A DNA stretch of 64,000 nt from Escherichia coli (GCF_030013205.1 NZ_CP122648.1), one strand, 5' to 3'; numbered from the stretch's first letter, positions 20,683 through 29,252 are shown. Made by a program: numbers and translations. The notes: a model not told the origin generated them from the letters alone.

Positions 20683-23154
20683 TTAAGAATCAGCCTGACT
20701 CGGGATCAGTTTTTGCCAGATAACTGAAACGTATTTTGCCTGGTAACGGGCGTCATCAAGTGCATTATGGCGCTCACCTTCGAATGGAATAGCCGTTCTG
20801 GCATCGAAGTCTATGGCTTTCCCCAGCTCAACGATTGTGCGTACATCGCGATCGTTGTAGTAACGCCACGGGCAGGGGATCCCCTGCCGTTCGTATGAAC
20901 GGCGCAAAATCGTGTTGTCGAAGTTGGCTCCATTTCCCCAAACCTGAACAAAAAATTCACCGGAGTTTTCGTCGATAAATTCTCGCAATTGTAACAGTGC
21001 ATCATCTAACGGGATTTCATCGGTCATAATGGCAGATTGCGCTTCGCGTGATTGCTTAAGCCACCATTTAATGGTGTCCCGATCAATGACTCCGCCAGCA
21101 GTTTCCAGATCGATAGTCTTACTAAATTCCGGTCCCATATCTCCGGTTTGCGGATCGAAAAATATTGCACCTATTGAGATGATCGGGGCATCAGGATTTT
21201 TTCCCATGGTTTCAAGGTCGATCATTAGATGGTCACACGTCCTGCTGGTGGATGTGATTTCGTGATGACCGTTCACCTTAATTGGGTGATCTGCCGTCTC
21301 GCCAGTTTCATTATCGCTATTGTGATGCTGATTGCCGCCAGTGTTCTCCTTGTGTGGATGTTCAGCGCCTTCCATTTCCTCCGGATCATCTTCCTGAACT
21401 TCAACCTGATACTCTTCATCGAATGTTTCTTGGTATGTTGCGTCGCCCATCACCGCGCCACAATCAGGGCAGTTGCCGCCGCCGGTCTGACCGCAGGCGG
21501 TGCAGACTTTTTCCACTTCCTGTTGCGCTACTGGTTCAGGCTGTTTCGTTTCTGGCTCGTTTTGTAACGCATTTGGACTGTTTTGTTCCGCTTTTTGGTA
21601 GTTCCGTTCCGATTCATGCTGGTTCTGGTTCACAGAATCGCGGGTCTGGAGCCCCTTAACCCATTTCGGATCATTCGGGTCACTAATCCCTTCAACAAAT
21701 TCACCACGTGATGCAGCAAGCAACTTATCGGCGTCAGGCTGGCTGATATTGGCTGCCTGCATAATTTTGTTTACTTCGTCAGCGGTAACTTTTATCGGCT
21801 CTGGTTGTTCTGAATCTTCAGCGGTATCTACATTTTGCGGTAAGCCCGTGTATGTGCCATTTTTTCGGGCAAAATATTCTTCTTTTGTGATTTCAGTGGC
21901 GCCAGCAGCCAGTGCCTTATCCAGACCAGAGAGTTTGTTTGCGCGACCGTATTTTTCTCCGTCCTTATCTGCGAAGAGGAAATAGAACGGCCCCTCACGC
22001 TCTACAGATGGTTCAGCTTCCGGCGCGGTTTCATTTTTTGGGATATCAGATACCTCAGTTTCCACTGCATCAGTTTGTGTTTCTGATGACTGGAGAACAT
22101 CAACAGTGCCCAGGTCTGTTTCTTCATTCTCAAACACGCCCTTTGTCGTCAGGTATTCGCAGATATATTTGTTCAGTGCTACGGGATCTTTGTGAATGTC
22201 GATCGGACGCTCACGGACAAGGCCAAAAATAGTTTGGCGGTCGTAGCGAAGGGCATCAGGCTGTTTGCGCATTGATGCCGAGATACGCTTCCAGTCTTCG
22301 CGGTCGTTGTCGATAACTTCTTTTTTTGCCCAGCGATGGATGCTGCCGTCAATGTTTCCGGCATCCACATCACTAGGCCAGAGAGCGTAGGCCAGTTCGT
22401 CATCCAGTGTTTTCCATGTCTGCTTGTATTCGCGATGAATGGCAGCAATGACCGGGCTGATTTTTCCTGTTGAATTTTCAGTGTACTGTTGATTGGCTCT
22501 GGCGCGGGCGAGATCAACAACAGACGTGTATTTTCCGGTTTCCTTGCGTTCACCTTCGCGACGTTTTTTCCAGATGCGCATCTCTGCCTGAATTTCGGGC
22601 CATTTAGCACCAGGAATACATTTATGCTTAACCCACCCAATGGCGTGCAACTTAAGCTCCGGATACATGGCGTTAACTTCTGGCATTTTCATCAACGCTT
22701 CAACGATATGTCCGTCGAATGTTGCCATGTCTTCCTGCAACAATTCCTGTGCGCTAATAACCATATCAACGGTGATGTTTTCACATGTGTCGAACTTAAC
22801 CATGACAGCGTTCTGTACTTCAGGGGCCAGCTTGTCAAAAGTGACGTTCATCGGATCGGATTCAGTCTCAACCGGGACAAAAGAAGCAGACTCCTCATCC
22901 CAGCGGTTTTCCTGCATATATTCAGCATCCCATGAATCGAGGGCAGGGCGGGGTATGCCAGGTTTATCCTCGCAGACAATAAATTTATAAGCGCAGTCCT
23001 GAGCAGCCGGATAATGTTCCAGGAATTGCCAGTGAAATTTTGCTCGAGCACGGCGTTCGTCGCCAGCTTCAATGGCTGTGGCTACAGCCACAGCGCCTTC
23101 TTCCCTTGTTGCCAGTTCGTCAGGAATAGCGGCGCAAATAAAGACTTTACTCAT
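20683..23154 (-). CDS. ydfE: large prophage exonuclease: acidic low-complexity N-terminal region, CxxC...CxxC zinc ribbon, C-terminal DEDDh 3'-5' exonuclease domain
   Basis: ORF 20683..23190 has a TTG at its top; likely ATG at 23154 (MSKVFICAAIPDE) with GAGG upstream. Motifs MIDLETMG (Exo I), VWGNGANFDNTIL (Exo II), ERHNALDDARYQAKY (Exo III, H-x4-D); CTACGQTGGGNCPDCGAV zinc ribbon. Symbol by synteny with the K-12 fragment next to ydfD, not by sequence match. Confidence 0.75.
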   Translation of the reverse strand: MSKVFICAAIPDELATREEGAVAVATAIEAGDERRARAKFHWQFLEHYPAAQDCAYKFIVCEDKPGIPRPALDSWDAEYMQENRWDEESASFVPVETESDPMNVTFDKLAPEVQNAVMVKFDTCENITVDMVISAQELLQEDMATFDGHIVEALMKMPEVNAMYPELKLHAIGWVKHKCIPGAKWPEIQAEMRIWKKRREGERKETGKYTSVVDLARARANQQYTENSTGKISPVIAAIHREYKQTWKTLDDELAYALWPSDVDAGNIDGSIHRWAKKEVIDNDREDWKRISASMRKQPDALRYDRQTIFGLVRERPIDIHKDPVALNKYICEYLTTKGVFENEETDLGTVDVLQSSETQTDAVETEVSDIPKNETAPEAEPSVEREGPFYFLFADKDGEKYGRANKLSGLDKALAAGATEITKEEYFARKNGTYTGLPQNVDTAEDSEQPEPIKVTADEVNKIMQAANISQPDADKLLAASRGEFVEGISDPNDPKWVKGLQTRDSVNQNQHESERNYQKAEQNSPNALQNEPETKQPEPVAQQEVEKVCTACGQTGGGNCPDCGAVMGDATYQETFDEEYQVEVQEDDPEEMEGAEHPHKENTGGNQHHNSDNETGETADHPIKVNGHHEITSTSRTCDHLMIDLETMGKNPDAPIISIGAIFFDPQTGDMGPEFSKTIDLETAGGVIDRDTIKWWLKQSREAQSAIMTDEIPLDDALLQLREFIDENSGEFFVQVWGNGANFDNTILRRSYERQGIPCPWRYYNDRDVRTIVELGKAIDFDARTAIPFEGERHNALDDARYQAKYVSVIWQKLIPSQADS

Positions 23155-23246
23155 TTGTTTTAACCTCATGACAGATTTAAGGATGAACAAATCCCTGCCA
23201 TTGCTGGCATATAAGAATGAAACCGGATATTTATTACGGAACTGTT

Positions 23247-23438
23247 TTAAAGACCTGCCGGGATTTCGATATTATCCTGGTGAATAACTTTATCGACCGG
23301 GTAACAGTTACCGGGAATTTTCTGTTCGGTTGCTGCAGTCATACACTCCTGCATTGTCCAGTGAACACTGACTGCAATATCAACTGGCTCTCCGGAAACA
23401 AGAAAAACTGTCAGAACAAGCACAAATGCTGAATTCAT
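23247..23438 (-). CDS. ydfD: small lysis protein YdfD
   Basis: Internal start MNSAFVLVLTVFLVSGEPVDIAVSVHWTMQECM (63 aa) within ORF 23247..23492; 4-nt overlap with dicB. Confidence 0.8.
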   Translation of the reverse strand: MNSAFVLVLTVFLVSGEPVDIAVSVHWTMQECMTAATEQKIPGNCYPVDKVIHQDNIEIPAGL

Positions 23439-23623
23439 TGTGCACATCCTTTTGGCATCAGACGTAAACGAGCCAGCATTGAAACAATGCATATTTTATT
23501 TAATAGCTCCCGTTCTTGTTTTCTCTTGTTAATGGCATCTTCAGTAAATACTGGGTTACTGATAGTGACACCAATTTCAAAACAACCTTCAGACGTATTA
23601 ACGTTTGGTAATAACGTTTTCAT
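23435..23623 (-). CDS. dicB: cell-division inhibitor DicB
   Basis: 62-aa internal ORF MKTLLPNVNTSEGCFEIGVTISNPVFTEDAINKRKQERELLNKICIVSMLARLRLMPKGCAQ inside ORF 23435..23728. Confidence 0.85.
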   Translation of the reverse strand: MKTLLPNVNTSEGCFEIGVTISNPVFTEDAINKRKQERELLNKICIVSMLARLRLMPKGCAQ

Positions 23624-23791
23624 TATCGCGTCCTCAACAATGAATTTTGTGATGCAGTGCCTGGTGCCTCCAGGTGACGTTAACCAGTTAACAATTAACG
23701 CCGGATACAGAGAATCCACCCATAACACTGTTTTTGGTTTTAACTGTTCCGCGTGCGCTCAGCCGCATTCACCACATCACAAAATTCACTT

Positions 23792-23849
23792 TAAAAAGGG
23801 CAGCAGAGCAGTCACGGAGTAAAACTGATACCGCCAAACGTCACCAGAA
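23792..23849 (-). ncRNA. dicF: DicF small RNA (ftsZ-targeting)
   Basis: Reverse complement reads TTTCTGGTGACGTTTGGCGGTATCAGTTTTACTCCGTGACTGCTCTGCTGCCCTTTTT, between ydfC and dicB as in K-12. Confidence 0.75.
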
Positions 23850-24190
23850 AATTGATAACAGAGGGCGTTGCAGCGGGGTTGTCACTTAAGCGTATGGTCA
23901 ACCTGACAACCCGGTGTCCTCAACGGGGAAGGAATAACCCCGCCATACTTACCGCCGCGCCATTTCGCGGGTTGCCACAACCGGAAGCGCACGGTCGACG
24001 AAAATTTAACGACAGGCTATCTATGAACCAGCTACCTCGCCGTGCGCTTTCGCGTTATGGTCTGACTTTTCAGGGAAATATCCTTTCAGTAAACTGTCAG
24101 TTCCGGATGCGCACCCGTGTCCGGCGCACGCACTCCACCTCACCCGTGGAGAACTCCTTAATTACTAACCTTAGCTTTGTTGATTAGCTA

Positions 24191-24409
24191 CTAACGCGGG
24201 TATGTAATCATTCTGGCAATGCTTAATGCCGCTGCTTTTTCCAGATTGGTGATATCCTGCTCCAGAGCGGACAGATTTTCAGCCTGCTTAGCCCTGGCTT
24301 CATTAGCCCATTTCAGATCCTGCGCTGCATTAATTTTCTGGCGCATCCACTCATAAAGTTCATCATCGGTATAGTCTGGCGCGATGATGACGGGTTCTCG
24401 TTTCTGCAT
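24191..24409 (-). CDS. ydfC: Qin prophage protein YdfC
   Basis: 72-aa ORF MQKREPVIIAPDYTDDELYEWMRQ...; position between ydfB and dicF. Confidence 0.75.
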   Translation of the reverse strand: MQKREPVIIAPDYTDDELYEWMRQKINAAQDLKWANEARAKQAENLSALEQDITNLEKAAALSIARMITYPR

Positions 24410-24438
24410 ACTGATTCCTCGCGGTGCTGTTTCGCTTA

Positions 24439-24567
24439 TCAGCCGTTAGATTTTGCCGAACTGGAAAGCGCCTGTTTAAACTCACTGAAGCTGAGAGCTT
24501 CTTCGCCTTCGGCAAGGCCTTCGAAGTATTCTTCGTAAGCCTTTTCCATGATTGTGTCGAAATCCAT
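24439..24567 (-). CDS. ydfB: Qin prophage protein YdfB (42 aa)
   Basis: Manual translation of the minus strand: MDFDTIMEKAYEEYFEGLAEGEEALSFSEFKQALSSSAKSNG; below the ORF-track size cutoff; coordinates +/-1 nt. Confidence 0.7.
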   Translation of the reverse strand: MDFDTIMEKAYEEYFEGLAEGEEALSFSEFKQALSSSAKSNG

Positions 24568-24568
24568 A

Positions 24569-24724
24569 TCACTCACCTGAGTTTCTTTCCAGCCAGCGAC
24601 GGGCACCATTTTCGGTTTTAAACGTTTTGCTTTTGGTATACGTCATTGCGGTGAACGTGCCGTCCTGGTTTGGAAACACGCCGTACACCAGAGATTCGTT
24701 GTTGCCAAGATCGATAGTATCCAT
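24569..24724 (-). CDS. ydfA: Qin prophage protein YdfA (51 aa)
   Basis: Internal start MDTIDLGNNESLVYGVFPNQDGTFTAMTYTKSKTFKTENGARRWLERNSGE within ORF 24569..24802. Confidence 0.75.
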   Translation of the reverse strand: MDTIDLGNNESLVYGVFPNQDGTFTAMTYTKSKTFKTENGARRWLERNSGE

Positions 24725-24890
24725 GCTGACCTCATTTCCCCTTAACGCTGGGGTAGCGGAACTGTTTGCTGAGAACACCGTGCGGTGTGTTGATGCAAAC
24801 AAGATTAGCCATGACTAACATATCGGTCAAGTGATTTTGTATGCTATAGCTAACATAATTGATGTGGTAAAAGATAACTCATTGATGATG

Positions 24891-25298
24891 TTATCTTTTA
24901 TTTGTCCGCTGACGGGCTTTTAGTAATTCTTCAAAGAGTTTATTGAAGTTTTTTACTCGAGCTCGCATTTCGGCGAGCTGGGTATCCTGTTCTGATTCTG
25001 GCAGTGCATTAAACAGCTCAAGGAGCTCTAGTTCTTTGGGGGATAAGGCAACTGGCTTCTCAACAGGTGGTGTTGGTTGCTTGTCTTCATCGCCAAATAG
25101 AATCCATGTTGGTGAGCATTGCAATACTTTGCTGAGGGCAAAAAGGTTCTTCCCTGTAGGTTCACTATCACCCCGTTCCCATTGTGATACAGACACATGG
25201 GAGATTTTCAGGGCTTTAGCAAGAGAGCTTTGGGTGTGTTTGAGGTTTTTCCGACGATACCTGATGCGTTCGCCGATAGTTAAATTTTTTGTTTCCAT
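24891..25298 (-). CDS. dicA: prophage repressor DicA (HTH_XRE, P22 C2-like)
   Basis: 135-aa ORF; HTH LKHTQSSLAKALKISHVSVSQWERG; divergent from dicC. Confidence 0.9.
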   Translation of the reverse strand: METKNLTIGERIRYRRKNLKHTQSSLAKALKISHVSVSQWERGDSEPTGKNLFALSKVLQCSPTWILFGDEDKQPTPPVEKPVALSPKELELLELFNALPESEQDTQLAEMRARVKNFNKLFEELLKARQRTNKR

Positions 25299-25332
25299 AG
25301 TTAGCTAATGCTAAATCGTATTGACTATGTTT

Positions 25333-25367
25333 TTGTTAACATCTATCTTGTTAGTTATGACTAACAA
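25333..25367. promoter_or_regulatory. putative operator in dicA-dicC divergent promoter region
   Basis: Palindrome ttgttagt-tatg-actaacaa (25348..25367) plus a related half-site ttgttaac at 25333. Confidence 0.4.
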
Positions 25368-25381
25368 TAAAGGTGTTTTAA

Positions 25382-25612
25382 ATGCTTAAAACTGACGCTC
25401 TTTTGTATTTCGGTTCAAAAACAAAACTTGCACAAGCAGCAGGTATTCGTTTGGCTTCGCTTTATAGCTGGAAAGGGGATTTAGTTCCCGAAGGTCGCGC
25501 GATGCGTCTACAGGAGGCATCTGGCGGGGAGCTTCAGTATGATCCCAAAGTTTATGATGAATATCGTAAGACGAAGCGGGCGGGGCGGTTGAACAATGAA
25601 AATCACTCCTGA
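25382..25612 (+). CDS. dicC: Cro-like regulator DicC
   Basis: 76-aa ORF MLKTDALLYFGSKTKLAQAAGIRLASLYSWKG... Confidence 0.9.
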   Translation: MLKTDALLYFGSKTKLAQAAGIRLASLYSWKGDLVPEGRAMRLQEASGGELQYDPKVYDEYRKTKRAGRLNNENHS

Positions 25613-25919
25613 ACAGGCTCGTGAGGCTCTGGATGCCTGGATATGTCGACCAGGAATGACACAGGAGCAGGCGACGATATTAATCACTGAAGCATTCTGG
25701 GCTTTGAAAGAGCGCCCGAACATCGATGTTCAGCGTGTCACATATGAAGGTGGCGCGATTGATCAGCGAGCGCTTGGCGTTATCTGGTCATCACCTGACG
25801 GAGAAATACGTCGCTACGACAGTCGCCTAAACATAATCTGTCGCGAGTGCCGGAAGAGCGAAGTTATGCAGCGCATACTGGCTTTCTATCAGGGTAATTT
25901 TCAGGACGTGGCGCAGTGA
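25596..25919 (+). CDS. hypothetical prophage early-region protein
   Basis: 107-aa ATG-initiated ORF overlapping the dicC stop by 17 nt; its TGA overlaps the GTG start of the next gene (GTGAGTG). Confidence 0.45.
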   Translation: MKITPEQAREALDAWICRPGMTQEQATILITEAFWALKERPNIDVQRVTYEGGAIDQRALGVIWSSPDGEIRRYDSRLNIICRECRKSEVMQRILAFYQGNFQDVAQ

Positions 25920-26362
25920 GTGCACCGGCAACCATTCTTGATATGTGCTGTGGCAGCCGCATGTTCTGGTTCGATAAGTCTGACGAACGGGCGATATTCA
26001 GCGATATCAGAAAAGAAGGATACACATTACGCAATGGGAGACGCTTGATTATCAGCCCTGACATTATCGCAGATTTTCGTGCATTATCATTTGCAGACGC
26101 ATCTTTTTCGATGGTTGTATTAGACCCTCCGCATCTTGAGAGTGTTGGTGATAACGCCTGGATGGGAAAGAAATATGGACGGCTGAATAAAGATGCCTGG
26201 CGTGATGATTCGCGACAGAGATTTAAAGAAGCCTTTCGGGGGTTGAGGCCGCACGGCGTTCTGATTTTTTAATGGAATGAAACGCAAATACCGGTAAGCC
26301 AGATTCTGGCACTGACAGACAGAAAACCTGTTATCTGTCAACGAACAGGGAAAAAACGATAA
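25916..26362 (+). pseudogene. small SAM-dependent methyltransferase-like gene interrupted by an in-frame TAA
   Basis: LDMCCGS (motif I-like) then VVLDPPH (motif IV-like, DPPY/NPPY class) and LRPHGVLIF; TAA at 26270-26272; same frame stays open 29 more codons (WNETQIPVSQILALTDRKPVICQRTGKKR) with no start codon of its own. Confidence 0.5.
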
Positions 26363-26694
26363 AACCCACTGGATTATTTTTATGAAAGAGGCATCCAGTG
26401 AGTAGATTCGTAAGGCTACAGATACGTATATCTGAATAATTAAATTCAGTTCTGTAAATAAAATTTAATCCTTAACCGGATGGATTTCTGCACCCTCAGA
26501 ACATCAGGAGGCCGCCCGAAAGGGCGGTAGTGAAATGCGAATGTTCAAAATTATTATTGAAACGGGAATAGCTGGTGGAGATTTTGAGGATGTATTCGAA
26601 GTGGACGATGACGCAACACCTGAGGAAATTCATGACGGAGCATAAGAAATTTTCTTTAACTACTGCAATTACTCATACCACGAAATAAAAGACG

Positions 26695-26886
26695 ATGAGG
26701 AAGAACAAAGTGGCTGATTTTTGTTCAGCTAAATATAACATCAGTTTTGAAGAGCGGGATGAACTATTAATGGACTATGGTGAGTTACGCGGTGGAAGTG
26801 CTGCTGATGTCGAATCCTAGCGTGATGACTATGAAGCGGGAAAAACTCCGGTCGAAGCATATTGTGATGAGTGGGGCGATGAATGA
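26695..26886 (+). pseudogene. short acidic ORF with single in-frame TAG
   Basis: MRKNKVADFCSAKYNISFEERDELLMDYGELRGGSAADVES-TAG(26818)-RDDYEAGKTPVEAYCDEWGDE-TGA; downstream segment has no start codon. Confidence 0.35.
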
Positions 26887-27170
26887 GCGAGATTAATTAT
26901 CAGGAAGGGCATGAAACGGCGGGGCAAGCAAAACCAGTGGCATGGCGATATCGCTACGTGAAAAAAGGCGTTACGGACTTTCAGGGGAAGTAGTGGTCTG
27001 GTGACTGGAAATATGTACCGAAAAAAGAGGATTGTAACGACAGGCCGAACTATCAAATTCAGGCCTTATTCACTGCCTCACCAGTCCCAGTTACATCAGA
27101 AGAACTGGTTAAAGCTGTGCACTTTTATGAACAACTAAAACGCGAAAATCCACCAACATCCGGCAACTAG
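26883..27170 (+). pseudogene. short ORF with single in-frame TAG
   Basis: MSEINYQEGHETAGQAKPVAWRYRYVKKGVTDFQGK-TAG(26991)-WSGDWKYVPKKEDCNDRPNYQIQALFTASPVPVTSEELVKAVHFYEQLKRENPPTSGN-TAG; downstream segment lacks a start. Confidence 0.35.
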
Positions 27171-27424
27171 ATTAATGGATTAACTATGTCGGTTAAACGA
27201 CCAGCCAACTGAAAAAGCGGAAACCTGATTACAGGTTGCCAGATAAGGCAATGAGCTACCTGGCGCGGAACGGACTGATAAGTATGGGGAATGTTTTACG
27301 ATGAACCTTTAGACTAAAGAGTTTGTAACGCTATGTAAGTGATTTTTTCTGGTTTAGATATTTATATGTCCGGCCAAATTGAGGTGTGTTTAAATGTAAT
27401 TGCACATTGATTGTAGGAGGAATA

Positions 27425-27604
27425 ATGAAAAACGCATTGCAGTTTTTGTTTGTTGCGTTCTGGTTGTTCGCATCATGTATGCCCATCATCTTCACAGCAA
27501 GGTATATGGAAAAAGTTGATGTTTTGATATTAATATTTGGATATATAAATGCCCTTTTTTTAGGGGTGTTCATGGCGGTCATGTGCATTGAATACTGGCG
27601 GTAA
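27425..27604 (+). CDS. small two-TM membrane protein (59 aa), function unknown
   Basis: ATG at 27425 preceded by AGGAGG 7 nt upstream; MKNALQFLFVAFWLFASCMPIIFTARYMEKVDVLILIFGYINALFLGVFMAVMCIEYWR; very AT-rich codons. Confidence 0.5.
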   Translation: MKNALQFLFVAFWLFASCMPIIFTARYMEKVDVLILIFGYINALFLGVFMAVMCIEYWR

Positions 27605-27938
27605 ATACAGCGAACTCCATTGGTTTAGTTGGATATTTACTGTGCTGGACAAAAACGGTTTGCGGGGAAATCTTAGTTAAGTAGAATGACTGCGGGTGCT
27701 TGAGGCTATCTGCCTCGGGCATGGACACCAACGGCAGATAGAGAAAAGCCCCAGTTAACATTACGCGTCCTGCAAGACGCTTAACATTAATCTGAGGCCA
27801 ATTTCATGCTAGACACATGTAGGTTAGCCTCTTACGTGCCGAAAGGCACGGAGAAGCAGGCTATTGTTAACACCAAGTTGTAATGTCCCCTTTGAACCAT
27901 TCTAAAATGTCCCCAGACAATTCTCTGGGGGATTTTTC

Positions 27939-29252
27939 ATGATCAAAGAGACTGTTACGATGAGTCATAAGGAACTCCACCGACTTCAGATTATTCAGGA
28001 ACAAGCTGCGGCACGCATTGGCATTTCTATTCGGCAGGTTAAACGTCTGGTGCAACGGTATAGAAATGAAGGGCCTTCTGGTCTGGTTTCCCACCGACGT
28101 GGAAAGCGTCCTAATAATTCCTTTTCTACTGAATTCAGAGCAACAGTAATTTCACTCCTCAAAGGCCGTTACGCTGATTTTGGACCTACGTTTGCGTGCG
28201 AAAAATTGCGCGAGATACACGGTTTATCTTTATCCGTTGAAACTCTCAGAAAGTGGATGATAGAAGAGGGGTTATGGCGTGAACGCCGTCGTAAAATTGC
28301 CCGTATATATCAACGCCGCATGCGACGACCATCTTACGGTGAACTGATCCAGATTGATGGCTCACCTCATGACTGGTTTGAAAATCGAGGCCCCAGATGT
28401 ACACTGATCGTTTTCATTGATGATGCCACCAGTGCGTTGATGGCGTTGCGTTTTGTGCCTGCTGAAACAACCCGGGCTTACATGGAAACCCTCCGGGGTT
28501 ACCTTAATGATCATGGCGTACCGCTCGCTCTCTACTCTGATAGACACAGTATATTCAGGGTAAATAACCCAGAGCGGGAAGGTGAGCTGACCCAGTTCAC
28601 TCGTGCGATAAAGACACTGGGCATCGAGCCAATCCATGCCAACAGCCCGCAGGCAAAAGGGCGGGTAGAGCGCGCCAATCAGACACTACAGGACAGGCTG
28701 GTCAAAGAAATGCGGCTTCAGAATATCAGTGATATTGAAACAGCAAATGCATGGTTGCCGACCTTTATTGAAGCCTATAACAACCGGTTCGCTACGTCGC
28801 CTCGTACTACTGATAATGCTCATCTTGATGTGCACCATTCTGAAGAGGAACTGGGTTATATCTTCAGCCTACAGGCGAAGCGCGTTCTGTCTAAAAATCT
28901 CACTTTCCAGTACAAAAGCAGTGCGTTTCAGGTACGCAGTGAGGGCCGGGGATATCGACTTAGGCATTCGGTTGTTACTGTATGCGAGAACTTTGACGGT
29001 GAAATTAACGTTCTGTATGACGGGAAAGCGCTGGGCTGGGAAAAGTATGTTGATGGCCCGGAGCCTATACCACTGGATGATGAAAAGAGTGTCCATGAAC
29101 GAGTGGATAATGCCCGTATTGATTTACGCTCAAAATACTATGTTAAACCTAAAGCTGACCATCCCTGGCTTACGCGCCGAACGCAAAGTCATCAGCAAGT
29201 TAAGCCCCCGAAGTTACCTAAAAAGAAGCCTGATCCCGATAAAAAAGATTGA
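27939..29252 (+). CDS. DDE transposase with N-terminal HTH and integrase-core (rve) domain, IS481/ISNCY-like
   Basis: 437-aa ORF; HTH IGISIRQVKRLVQRY; catalytic-looking residues in LIQIDGSPHD, LALYSDRHSIF and KGRVERANQTLQD; basic Lys/Pro-rich C-terminus. Confidence 0.8.
   Translation: MIKETVTMSHKELHRLQIIQEQAAARIGISIRQVKRLVQRYRNEGPSGLVSHRRGKRPNNSFSTEFRATVISLLKGRYADFGPTFACEKLREIHGLSLSVETLRKWMIEEGLWRERRRKIARIYQRRMRRPSYGELIQIDGSPHDWFENRGPRCTLIVFIDDATSALMALRFVPAETTRAYMETLRGYLNDHGVPLALYSDRHSIFRVNNPEREGELTQFTRAIKTLGIEPIHANSPQAKGRVERANQTLQDRLVKEMRLQNISDIETANAWLPTFIEAYNNRFATSPRTTDNAHLDVHHSEEELGYIFSLQAKRVLSKNLTFQYKSSAFQVRSEGRGYRLRHSVVTVCENFDGEINVLYDGKALGWEKYVDGPEPIPLDDEKSVHERVDNARIDLRSKYYVKPKADHPWLTRRTQSHQQVKPPKLPKKKPDPDKKD

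Noticed and set aside
21029-22990. + strand ORFs (78-153 aa) inside the exonuclease gene, including 22489..22935
   Set aside because: Antisense to the 823-aa gene; low-complexity translations mirror the acidic repeats of the real gene.
25916-27170. Alternative genetic code or programmed stop-codon read-through as the explanation for the in-frame stops
   Set aside because: All other genes in the window, including flanking prophage genes, use standard stops; recoding confined to three adjacent small genes is far less likely than nonsense mutations. Kept as a testable alternative in the finding.
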